Source: Flavobacteriales bacterium
Lineage (GTDB): Bacteria > Bacteroidota > Bacteroidia > Flavobacteriales_F > PHOS-HE28
DNA: 64,000 nt
Assembly (NCBI GenBank): GCA_016712025.1
Contig: JADJRW010000009.1
Coordinates: 16,066 to 80,065, forward strand
Reading direction: 5' to 3'
The position numbers and the translations under genes were made by a program. Of the stretch, positions 29,404 to 39,560 are shown piece by piece. The first letter of the stretch is position 1. Each line of letters opens with the position of its first letter. The notes under the pieces are model-generated. The model was not told the DNA's origin and ran no database searches. It was given only the letters and a program-made list of their open reading frames with translations.

Positions 29404-31608
29404 CTAATTCGCGTACATCAGCGGCATATCCACCTCCACCCGGGTGCCCTGCGCGAGATCCACGTATTTGAAGCCGGCCTTTCCACCGTGCTGCTTCTGC
29501 ACCAGGTCCAAACGTGCGCGTGTGATCGTGGTTCCCAACGAGGTCTTCTTCACCCCGGTCACTGGAGTTCCTTCCGGCAAGGGTGCCTTCTTCGCATGTC
29601 GCCCTGCACCATTGTCCTCGATGATCCACACGAGTTGCTTCTCCCGCGCTTCCACTTTCAAGCGGATTTGGCCTTGCCCTTCCTTCCCCGCCATGCCATG
29701 CCAGATGGCATTCTCTACGAAAGGCTGCACTACGAGCGGAGGTACCATCACCTCTTCCGGATCGAGCCCCGGATCTACCTCCACGGTGAAATCGAACTTC
29801 TTGTCCATGCGCATGCGCTCCAGGTCCATGTAGCCGCGAAGGGCTTCCAGATCTTCGGAGAGGGACACTTCCGCATGGCGGCTGTTCTCCAGCACGCTGC
29901 GCATCACGCGGGCGAATTTCCCCAAGTAACTGCTGGCGCTGTCCTGGTCGTTGCGTTGCACGAACGCGTTGATCGAGTTGAGCGCATTGAATATGAAGTG
30001 CGGGTTCATCTGGCTTCGCAATGCCTGCGTCTCAAATGTGGCCGCTTCCTTCTCAAAGCGTTCCTGCCGCCGCTTCCTGTCGGATACGAACCAGGCCCCC
30101 GCCCCGCTGAGCAAGAGCAGCGCCCCGCCACCGGTGGCCCAGGCGCGGTTGCTGTTCTGGTCCGCACGCATCGATTCGATCGTACGTTCTCGCTTTCCAG
30201 CACCATGCGCTCGCCGGCATAGCGCAGGCTGTCCGCCATTTGCTGTTTGCCGAAGGTGTAGAGCAGGTCGCGTTGGGTGAGCTCTCGCGTGCTCTTTCTC
30301 GGTGGCCATGCTGTCGCGTGTCACCACATGGAATTCCTCGAGATAGCGCAATGCGGTCAGACCATCGCCCCGCGCCTTGTGGGCCAGATAGAGGCATTCG
30401 CAGTTTTCACCGCGTTCGGTCAACGCGGCCGCCTCGCCAGCGCGAACCGCGCCGTGCAATGCGCGATCGCTTCACGCGGCAGGACCTCGGTCCAGAGCCA
30501 CGCGGCCCAAGAGGGCCAGGGTCTCGGCCTCCGTGGGCGCATCCTTGAGTTCACTCCCCAGGGTGAGCGCCTCGTCGCAATGAGCCATCGGCATCGGCGG
30601 TCGGCCCGTCTCGCGATATGCACGGGCCGGCAGTTCACAGTGTGCGGCACATCAGGTCTTTCGCATCGAACTCGCGTTCCAAACCGATGCGCTCCAACCA
30701 AGTGGATCGCGCTATCTGGCTGGTCCATCTCCAATAGCGCGCTGCCGATGCTCCGGCCAGAGGTCATCATGCCTTGACGATAGCCGACCTTGGTGTAGAA
30801 ACCGTACGCACGTCGCAACAAGGGCCGGGGAGTCATCCGTCTTCACCGAGCGCGTCCTTAAGGTCCGCTCACGGTGGTGAGCGAGGTCGCGATGCCGCGG
30901 TCGTTCTTCAGATCTTCCATGATGGCGAGGCACTTGTAGGCGAAGTCGATCGCGGGGCCGATCTGGCCCATGCGCTCGTCACGTTGGCGCGATTCCCCAT
31001 AGCTCGCGGCCACCATTGCGGCCATGCCGAGGGTCGCCGCGAGCTCTGCCGCCTTGGCGTAGTTACGAGCGCGCTGTCGTTCTGCCCCTGGATCCTGGTG
31101 CAACGGCCGATGCCTGCCGAACCCTCTTCATCGTTCGCCAGGTGGTGCATCGCGGATGCGCTGGTCCAAGGCTCCATCGCCTCTTCCATAAGGCCAGGGT
31201 TCTTGTGGCCAACTGCCCATGCTGCTGGATGATGCCCACGCTCCCCGGCATCTGGCGGCCAGCCTCCAGTGCCGAAAGAATCCCTGGCGGTGGTACAGCG
31301 TGTGCAGGGCGGTAGCGGTGGAGCGCTTCATCAATGTTCCGGGCCTCGCATCGGCTATAGCGCCAAAGTGCGATGCGCCAGGGTGTCGTTCTGCTCACGG
31401 CCTGGCGCAACAGGTCATCGCACAGCACGCGCGCCGAATCGGAGTTCTCGTAGCGTGTTTCGTCGACGATCTCGTGCAGGAGCAGGAGCCGCTCGTGGTC
31501 GTCCTGTCCCGGCGTGCGGTAGACCTGCCAGAGCGAATCGAGGTACGGGCTATCGGAGGTCTGGGTGGCAGACAGGAAGGAGAAGGACAAGAAGCAGGAG
31601 GCTAGCAC
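29404..31608 (-). pseudogene. Third TPR-sensor LytS-type histidine kinase, broken into at least 5 reading frames (decayed gene or locally very poor sequence)
   Basis: C-terminal kinase half is intact in ORF 29404..30459 (TM, MNPHFIFNALNSINAF, ATPase). The N-terminal signal peptide and TPR region are scattered over ORFs 30420..30836, 30858..31103 and 31063..31608 (MLASCFLSFSFLSATQ...) in different frames. Confidence 0.55.
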
Positions 31609-31670
31609 AGGAACTTAGGGCACGTTTGGAATGGGCGAGGCAGTGTTCGCCTACCGCCAAGGTAGCTCCG

Positions 31671-32369
31671 CTACCCCACCTGCAACTTGAACCCTACCCC
31701 ATGCACGTTCACGATCTGCACGCGCGGGTCGTTCTTCAGGTACTTGCGCAGGCGGCTGATGAAGACATCGAGGCTGCGGCCCAGGAAGTAGGTGTCATCA
31801 CCCCAGACCATGTTGAGCACCAGCTCCCGCGGCAGCACCTGGTCCTGGTGCAGGCAGAGCAGCCGGAGCACATCAGCTTCTTTTCGCGTGAGCTTCCGCT
31901 CTTCGGTGGGATGCTTCAGCACGAGGTCGCGCTGATCGAAGGTGTAGTCGCCCAGTTCGAACACATCGCGTTTGCGCTTGTCATCACCCTTGCCCTGCGT
32001 GCGGCGTAGGATGGCATCGATGCGCAGGGCGAGCTCTTCGTGACTGAAGGGTTTCGTGAGGTAGTCATCACCCCCGGCCTTGAACCCGGTGATGCGGTCC
32101 TCGGTCTGGCTCTTGGCGGTGAGGAAGACGATGGGCACTTGCTCGTTCACCGAACGGATGTCCTCCGCCAGGCTGAAGCCGTCCTTGTGCGGCATCATCA
32201 CGTCCAGCACGCAGAGGTCGTAGCTGTGCTCGTTGAAGTACTTCAACCCTTCCTTGCCATCGCGGCACAGGTGTACCGCATAGCCTTTGCGCTTTAGCGC
32301 GTCCTGGATCACGAAGCCCAGGTTCTGGTCGTCCTCCACCAGCAGGATGTTCGCTTTGGTATCGCTCAT
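31671..32369 (-). CDS. OmpR-family response regulator (receiver + winged-helix)
   Basis: Receiver motifs (ILLVEDD, DLCVLDVMMP, K) and a C-terminal trans_reg_C domain (READVLRLLCLHQDQVLPRELVLNMVWGDDTYF...VHGVGFKL). Confidence 0.88.
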   Translation of the reverse strand: MSDTKANILLVEDDQNLGFVIQDALKRKGYAVHLCRDGKEGLKYFNEHSYDLCVLDVMMPHKDGFSLAEDIRSVNEQVPIVFLTAKSQTEDRITGFKAGGDDYLTKPFSHEELALRIDAILRRTQGKGDDKRKRDVFELGDYTFDQRDLVLKHPTEERKLTRKEADVLRLLCLHQDQVLPRELVLNMVWGDDTYFLGRSLDVFISRLRKYLKNDPRVQIVNVHGVGFKLQVG

Positions 32370-32414
32370 GCTTAGTGCGCCGAAGCCCGGCGTAGGCGTG
32401 ATCGTGGTGTTCGT

Positions 32415-33734
32415 CTAAGCCAACGGAAGTTCTAAAATGAAAGTGCTGCCATGCCCGGGTTCGCTGTGTACAGTGATCCGACCGCCGTGGGCCTCGGCGA
32501 TCTGCCGCACATAGTGCAGGCCCAGACCGAAGCCCTTCACATCATGCACATTGCCGGTGTGTACCCGGTAGAAGCGCTCGAAGATGTGCCGCTGATCCTG
32601 CCTGCCGATGCCGATGCCATGGTCGCGCACTTGGATGTGCAGCCATCGCCCATCGTTCTTTGTTCCCAGTTCGATCGTCGGCGCCGCCGGACTGTACTTC
32701 ACAGCGTTGTCCACCAGGTTGTGAAGAGCGTTGCTGAGATGGACCCGGTCGCCGGATACAACGGCATCGCTGGCTTGGAGGTCGGAGCGGAGTTCACCAT
32801 CCCGCTCTTTCAACACCAGATCGAACGAGCGCGATACCTCACCGATGAGGGTGTGCATGTCCACCCGATCGCGCTTCATGCGTGCATTGCCGTCCTCCAG
32901 CGTGGTGAGTTGGAGCACGCGTTCCACCTGGGCGCGCAGGCGTTCGTTCTCCGAGCGGATGATGCCCGCATAAGTGCGCAGACGTTCCGGTTCATGCACG
33001 ATGGCGGGATCACCGAGTACCTCACTGCTCAATGCGATGGTGCTGATCGGCGTCTTCAACTCGTGCGTCATGTTGCCGATGAAGTCGTTCTTCATCTCGC
33101 TCAGTCGTTTCTGCCGTGCGATGGTCCACACGCTGTAGGCGAAGAAAATGAACACGATCAGAGTGACGATCGCCGGGTAGATCCAGGTACTGCGGCTGGC
33201 CGGTGCCGGCGACCAAAGCGCGCTGCTGCGTCGCGGGAAGTAGACCCCGAAGTAGTGGCCGTCCTTGTCCAGTTTCTGCAGGTCGGTGTGGGTGCTGTCC
33301 GTGGTCACGGAATCCATGCCCACATAGTTGCCATAGACAATGCTATCGGTGAAGCAATCGTAGATGCCGTACTCGAAATCCTCCTGGATCCCGCGCCGCT
33401 GGAACTCCTTCATCAGCAAGGCCTCGAGCAGGTAGGGGTGGAGCGTGTCGTTGATGGTGACGGCGAAGTAGTTGGGCCGCTCCTCGACCACCGCATCGAA
33501 CAGGTCGGAGGGGTCCTTGTTGATCGACAGGATCTGCTCAGTTACGTCCGTGAGGGCGATGGTGACCCGATCGCTGAATTGTTTGTCCAGTTGTACCTGC
33601 TGCTGGCGCTGCAGTGTGAGCTGGTCGTTCTGTAGGCGGAAGGCGCGGTCCAGCCACAGCATCTGCGTGAGCACCACCCCGATCACGCTCAGCGTGGCGA
33701 GCAGCACCAGGGTTCCGAGACCGCGCCGTTTCAT
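32415..33734 (-). CDS. Sensor histidine kinase (HisKA + HATPase), partner of the OmpR-family regulator
   Basis: Two TMs, H-box (MTHELKTPISTI), N, G1 (DHGIGIG) and G2 boxes. 46-bp gap to the downstream regulator. Start at MKRRGLGTLVLLATL. Confidence 0.85.
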   Translation of the reverse strand: MKRRGLGTLVLLATLSVIGVVLTQMLWLDRAFRLQNDQLTLQRQQQVQLDKQFSDRVTIALTDVTEQILSINKDPSDLFDAVVEERPNYFAVTINDTLHPYLLEALLMKEFQRRGIQEDFEYGIYDCFTDSIVYGNYVGMDSVTTDSTHTDLQKLDKDGHYFGVYFPRRSSALWSPAPASRSTWIYPAIVTLIVFIFFAYSVWTIARQKRLSEMKNDFIGNMTHELKTPISTIALSSEVLGDPAIVHEPERLRTYAGIIRSENERLRAQVERVLQLTTLEDGNARMKRDRVDMHTLIGEVSRSFDLVLKERDGELRSDLQASDAVVSGDRVHLSNALHNLVDNAVKYSPAAPTIELGTKNDGRWLHIQVRDHGIGIGRQDQRHIFERFYRVHTGNVHDVKGFGLGLHYVRQIAEAHGGRITVHSEPGHGSTFILELPLA

Positions 33735-33746
33735 GGTCCAGGTAAT

Positions 33747-33900
33747 AGAGGCTATCTCAAAAATACCCTTTGGGCTCCGCAAGGGTCTTCCGCGCCCATG
33801 CTTCGTTGTGAGAGCCCGGGGCGCCCAGCCTGCTCGGTTCTCACGCCTCGCCGAAACAGATCCCTCTTGCGCGCTTCCAAAGCATTTTGAGATAGCCTCT
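33747..33900. repeat. 16-bp perfect inverted repeat (AGAGGCTATCTCAAAA / TTTTGAGATAGCCTCT) with a 122-bp spacer in the divergent intergenic region
   Basis: Seen directly at ~33747-33762 and ~33885-33900. The left arm overlaps a perfect Bacteroidota -7 consensus (TATTTTTG in the sense of the kinase gene), 24 nt before its ATG. The right arm is ~66 nt upstream of the glycosyltransferase start. Confidence 0.5.
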
Positions 33901-33965
33901 GGGCAATGTTACAGGTTCACGATCTTGGCGGCCGCTGCGTTAACGATCCTTTGGATCGGCCGCCT

Positions 33966-35358
33966 ATGTCCCTCCTGCACTATCGTTTCCTTCTTTTCGT
34001 TCTGGCCGCTGTTGTAGCGGCCGGTATGGGTCTGGACCTCAGGGAGGTGGACGCCGCGCAGTACGCGGCCATGGCGAGGAGATGCTGGAACGCAAGGACT
34101 ACCTGCACCTGTACCACCGCGGCAGGATTACCTGGACAAGCCTCCGTTGCTTTTCTGGCTGTCCGCGCTGAGCTACCATGTCTTCGGGGTCAGCAATTGG
34201 AGCTACAAACTGCCCTCCGTATTGGCCGCGTCCTGGGGTCTTTACGCCCTTTACCGGTTCGTGCGCCTGCATCGTGATGAGGCACGCCCGTTGGGCCTGT
34301 CTTCGGACTAGTAGCGCCGCCTTCCTTCTCATGACCAACGACGTGCGGAGCGACACCTTGCTCACCGCCCGGTGATCAGCGCGGTGTGGACGGGCTCGGC
34401 GTACCTCGAGGAACGGAGATGGTGGTCGTTGATCGCCTTCGGGGTCGCTTTGTCCGCTGGCTTGCTGGCCAAGGGGCCCATCGGGGCGGTGGCGCCCATA
34501 CTGGCATTGGGCGGTGATGTCGCCTTGCGCGGGCGGTGGGGGAAGCTGTGGGACGCACGCTTGCTGCTCGTGCCCGTCCTGGTCCTCCTGCTCCTCCTCC
34601 CCATGTTCCTGGGCCGCTACGAGCAGCATGGTTGGCATGGTGTGCGCTTCTTCCTATGGGAACAGAGCTTCGGTCGTATCACCGGTGAGAACCGCTGGAA
34701 GGATGACAGCACCCCGTTCTTCTTCCTGCACGAGTTACCCTGGCTCATGCTGCCATGGACGCTCTTCCTGGTCGTGGGTCTTTGGCGATTTCCAGGTTTG
34801 GGCAACGCTGTGGAACGCATTGCGAGGAACGCATCTCGCTCTGGCGGGTGCCGTTGCCGTATTCGTGGCGGTGTCCTTCTCGCACTTCAAGTTGCCGCAT
34901 TATATCTACGTCACCCTGCCCTGGTTCGCGGTGCTGGCGGCGAACGGCCTGAGGACCCGCCGCCTTGGCTGGTCCGCGCGCATGGGGCGCTCTTGGCGCT
35001 CCTTGGTGCGGGCGTCGGGTTCGTTGTCCTGTATTGTTTTCCATCCAACACCGGCATGGTGACGCTGATCGCCTTGGTGATCACGTGCGGTTACGCCATC
35101 CGAACCACATGGCAGGGAAGGGGATCATGGGTCGCGGCGACGGGCGCGTTGTTCATCGCATGCGCACTGACGATCAATGTGTGGATCCATCCCGCCGTTC
35201 TTCAATACCAGGCCAATGCCTTCGCTGGCCGTTGGGCAGTCGAGCACGGCGTTCCGGAGGATCGCTTCTTCGGCCTGCAAGTGGCGGGTACCGCGCTCGT
35301 CTCTACGCCGGGCACCCGGTCCGTTGGTTGTCCAATTTGGAGGAAGCTGCGGGAGTAG
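33966..35358 (+). pseudogene. Glycosyltransferase family 39/83 (ArnT/PMT-like membrane glycosyltransferase), at least 3 frameshifts
   Basis: Characteristic N-terminal segment is split across frames: ...DAAQYAAMAR | EMLERKDYLHLYHRGR | DYLDKPPLLFWLSALSYHVFGVSNWSYKLPSVLAASWGLYALYRF. A polytopic membrane C-terminal part follows in ORF 34372..35358. Confidence 0.55.
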
Positions 35359-35790
35359 CGCCTGGCGGTGATTTACACTGATGCCGCCCATGCCGAACCC
35401 TTCGGGAGGCGGGGTTCGTTCCGAAGGACAGCTTGGCGCTCCAGGATCACCGCGTGCAACTGCTCAGCCCGGAGTTCCTCCTACCGAGCACTCGTTCCAA
35501 GGTGCTTGGGTCCCGCTTGATCTTGGTCTACTAGCAGACCTCTGCTCACCCGCTCACATTTTTTTTCGGGACCTCCGAACAAGAGTTCGAGCAGTCTGTT
35601 CAGTCCTGTACAACTTTCCCTAAACAACCGTCCAGCGGCGGCATCAACCAACCATCCCATGCAGACGTTCCCTCCCGGACAACCAGGCCTCTTTATGAGG
35701 TTGTTGCGAACCATGTCACTCATGGTCGCCTTGGTTTTCCCAGTCCCGCAATGACAATCCTATTGCCCTTCCGACGGAGGTTCGGGCAAT

Positions 35791-36210
35791 GTGTTCAACG
35801 TACAGCGCGTGCAGTTCGCTGGTATCGACAACAGTAGTGGCGACAACAATGGCTACGCCGACTTCACGTCGATCAGCGCAACGGTTCAAGCAGGTGATGC
35901 CTATTCGATCACTTTGGACGGGGCGGGGGTCTTCTTCCTTCCGAAGCGCTTCCGCGCCTGGATGGACTGGGATCAGAACGGAGTGTTCTCCGCTTCCGAG
36001 CTCGTATTCCAAGCAAATGGCTTTGGCCAGCAAAGCGGAACGGTCACAGTTCCAGCAGGGGCGAACCTGGGGTCCACGCGTATGCGTGTGAACACCAGTT
36101 CACTCACCTACCAAGGCGCCTGCGCCAATTACAGTCTGGGTGAAGTCGAGGATTACACGGTCATGGTCATCGGTCAATGCCAGGCCAGTGCGGGCGCACT
36201 CAGCCAGTAA
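35791..36210 (+). CDS. GEVED-domain segment, probable N-terminal portion of the large repeat surface protein (separated from it by a frameshift-ridden, degenerate stretch)
   Basis: NYSLGEVEDYTVMV motif and surrounding GEVED-domain-like sequence. A signal-peptide-like stretch (MRLLRTMSLMVALVFPVP) lies ~100 nt upstream in another frame. Confidence 0.5.
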   Translation: MFNVQRVQFAGIDNSSGDNNGYADFTSISATVQAGDAYSITLDGAGVFFLPKRFRAWMDWDQNGVFSASELVFQANGFGQQSGTVTVPAGANLGSTRMRVNTSSLTYQGACANYSLGEVEDYTVMVIGQCQASAGALSQ

Positions 36211-36479
36211 AGCCACTGATCTGGCTATACGGGCATTGAAGCTTTCATTCAAGCAACTGTTACCGCTCAGCCTGTAGTTCCCTCCAGGATACGAAGTCGT
36301 CTATGTGCTTACGCAAGGCCCAGGACTTGTCATTCAGAACGCTGGTGCCGACCCGCAGTTCTCTGTGGGTGTTGGAGATTACACCATCCACACCTGCACA
36401 TGACCTTTGATGGCAAGGGCTGAGCAACGACAACGACAACACAGTTACGCTGCGCGCAGAACGCGGGCGCCCCGAGCTT

Positions 36480-39400
36480 AGACCGAAGAGGACTCTAATC
36501 CACACCCGTTACGACCAACACGCTGGACCTGTCCATCGTGGAATTGGGCGTGACCACGGGCTTTGATGTGAACGGATTGCTGGTGCAAGGCGGTGGCGCG
36601 ATCTGCGCCGCCTTGGATGTAGCCGGTGCTCAGTTCAGTGTCACGGACCCGAACGCAGGCACCCTGAGCGGTGGCGCGGATGTGTGCGGCACCAACGGTG
36701 CAGCTACACTAACGGCCACTGCCAACGGCGACGCGAACGTACCAGCGGGATACAGCACGGTGTACGTGCTGACGCAAGGTGCGGGCCTGACGATCGTGAA
36801 CGCAGGAGCGGCCCCGAGCTTCGATGTGACCGAAGATGGACTCTCACGATCCACACCCTGGTGTACGATGCCAACACGCTGGACCTGTCCATCGTGGAGT
36901 TGGGTGTTACCACGGGCTTTGATGTGAACGGATTGCTGGTGCAAGGCGGCGGCGCGATCTGCGCGAGCCTGGATGTGGCCGGTGCCCAGTTCAACGTGAG
37001 CAGCCCGAGCGCAGGCACCCTGAGCGGTGGCGCGGATGTGTGCGGCACCAACGGTGTGGCCACACTCACCGCCACTGCCAACGGCGACGCGAACGTACCA
37101 GCGGGATACAGCACGGTGTACGTGCTGACGCAAGGTGCGGGCCTGACGATCGTGAACGCAGGAGCGGCCCCGAGCTTCGACGTGACCGAAGATGGACTCT
37201 ACACGATCCACACCCTGGTGTACGACCCCAACACGCTGGACCTGTCCATCGTGGAGTTGGGCGTGACCACGGGCTTTGATGTGAACGGATTGCTGGTGCA
37301 AGGCGGCGGCGCGATCTGCGCGAGCCTGGATGTGGCCGGTGCCCAGTTCAACGTGAGCAGCCCGAGCGCAGGCACCCTGAGCGGTGGTGCGGATGTGTGC
37401 GGCACCGATACGACCACCCTCACTGCCACTGCCAACGGCGACGCGAACGTGCCAGCGGGATACAGCACGGTGTACGTGCTGACGCAAGGTGCGGGCCTGA
37501 CGATCGTGAACGCAGGAGCGGCCCCGAGCTTCGATGTGACCGAGGATGGACTCTACACGATCCACACCCTGGTGTACGATCCCAACACGCTGGATCTGTC
37601 CATCGTGGAATTGGGCGTGACCACGGGCTTTGATGTGAACGGATTGCTGGTACAAGGCGGCGGCGCGATCTGCGCGAGCCTGGATGTGGCCGGTGCCCAG
37701 TTCAACGTGAGCAGCCCGAGCGCAGGCACCCTGAGCGGTGGCGCGGATGTGTGCGGCACCAATGGTGTGGCTACGCTAACGGCCACTGCCAACGGCGACG
37801 CGAACGTACCAGCGGGATACAGCACGGTTTACGTGCTGACGCAAGGTGCGGGCCTGACGATCGTGAACGCAGGAGCGGCCCCGAGCTTCGATGTGACCGA
37901 AGATGGACTCTACACGATCCACACCCTGGTGTACGATGCCAACACGCTGGATCTGTCCATCGTGGAATTGGGCGTGACCACGGGCTTTGATGTGAACGGA
38001 TTGCTGGTGCAAGGCGGCGGCGCGATCTGCGCGAGCCTGGATGTGGCCGGTGCCCAGTTCAACGTGAGCAGCCCGAGCGCAGGCACCCTGAGCGCGGATG
38101 ACGACGAAGTATGCTTCGAAGAAGGTACGGTCACTATCTCAGCCACCCCGAATGGTGATGCAGTTGTACCGGCGGGCTATAGCACGGTATACGTGCTGAC
38201 GCAAGGTGCGGGCCTGACGATCGTGAACGCAGGCGCGACTCCGAGTTTTGAGATCAGCGCGATCGGTGACTACACCATCCATACGTTGGTATACGACCCG
38301 AATACGCTGGACCTGTCCATCGTGGAGTTGGGCGTGACCACGGGCTTCGATGTGAACGGATTGCTGGTGCAAGGCGGTGGCACGATCTGCGCGAGCCTGG
38401 ATGTGGCCGGTGCGTCCGTAACGGCGGTGGAATGTCCGCTGAATTGTGATGCACTTGCAGGCACCCTGAGCGGTGGTGCGGATGTGTGCGGCACCAATGG
38501 TGTGGCCACACTCACTGCCACTGCCAACGGCGACGCGAACGTACCAGCGGGATACAGCACGGTGTACGTGCTGACGCAAGGTGCGGGCCTGACGATCGTG
38601 AACGCAGGAGCGGCCCCGAGCTTCGACGTGACCGAAGATGGACTCTACACGATCCACACCCTGGTGTACGATCCCAACACGCTGGATCTCACCATCGTGG
38701 AGTTCGGCGTGACCACGGGCTTTGATGTGAACGGATTGCTGGTGCAAGGTGGCGGCGCGATCTGCGCGAGCCTGGATGTGGCCGGTGCCCAGTACAACGT
38801 GAGCAGCCCTGGTGCGGGAACACTGTCCGCCGAGGCTTCGGAAGTCTGCCTGATCGATGGTGTGGCCACATTGACCGCCGCTGCCAATGGCGACGCGAAC
38901 GTACCAGCGGGTTACAGCACGGTCTACGTGCTGACGCAAGGTGCGGGCCTGACGATCGTGAACGCCGGAGCGGCCCCGAGCTTCGACGTGACCGAAGACG
39001 GACTCTATACCATCCACACCCTGGTGTACGACCCCAACACGCTGGACCTGTCCATCGTGGAGTTGGGCGTGACCACGGGCTTTGATGTGAACGGGCTGCT
39101 GGTGCAAGGCGGCGGCGCGATCTGCGCGAGCCTGGATGTGGCCGGCGCCCCGATCAATGTGATCGAGTGCAACACGGATTGCATCGCCGATGCGGGTACG
39201 ATCGCGGCTGAAGACTTCATCGTCTGTCGTTCGGGCGGTAACGCGACCCTTACCGGTATCCCCGGGGGCAATGCAGTGGTTCCGGCCGGCTACCAGACCG
39301 TGTACGTCCTGACCCGTGGTTTCGGTCTCACCATCGTCCAAGCGGGTGCGACACCTGTGTTCAACGTGCAACAACTCGGTCTGTACCGAATTCACACCCT

Positions 39401-39560
39401 GATCTATGATCCCGCGACGCTGGATCTATCGATCGTGCAGTTCGGCACAACCACCGGTTTCGATGTGAACGCCCTTTTGATACAGGGTGGAGGCACGATC
39501 TGCGCCAGCTTGGATGTGACCGGTGCCCCGCACCTGGTGGTTGGTCCCTTCCTGTGCTCC
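36480..39560 (+). repeat. Tandem array of ~8.5 near-identical 357-bp (119-aa) coding repeats
   Basis: The string gtgaccgaagatggactctacacgatccacaccctggtgtacga and its flanks recur with a period of 357 nt. One copy has a 3-nt deletion (354) and one a 1-nt deletion (356, the frameshift at ~36845). Two copies carry short Cys-rich insertions (~38400 and ~39150). Most copies are >95% identical at the DNA level. Confidence 0.9.

Noticed and set aside
29404-35358. Calling every frameshifted gene in the window a true pseudogene
   Set aside because: Essential ftsI and a dozen conserved genes show isolated single-base shifts consistent with consensus indel errors. Only the regions with clustered breaks (third kinase, ArnT-like gene, 5' end of the repeat adhesin) are tentatively labelled pseudogene, and even those need read-level confirmation.
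36480-39560. The possibility that the regular 357-bp repeats are a CRISPR array or satellite
   Set aside because: The repeats are in frame (period divisible by 3) and encode a conserved 119-aa protein module inside one long ORF. There are no spacer-like unique segments.
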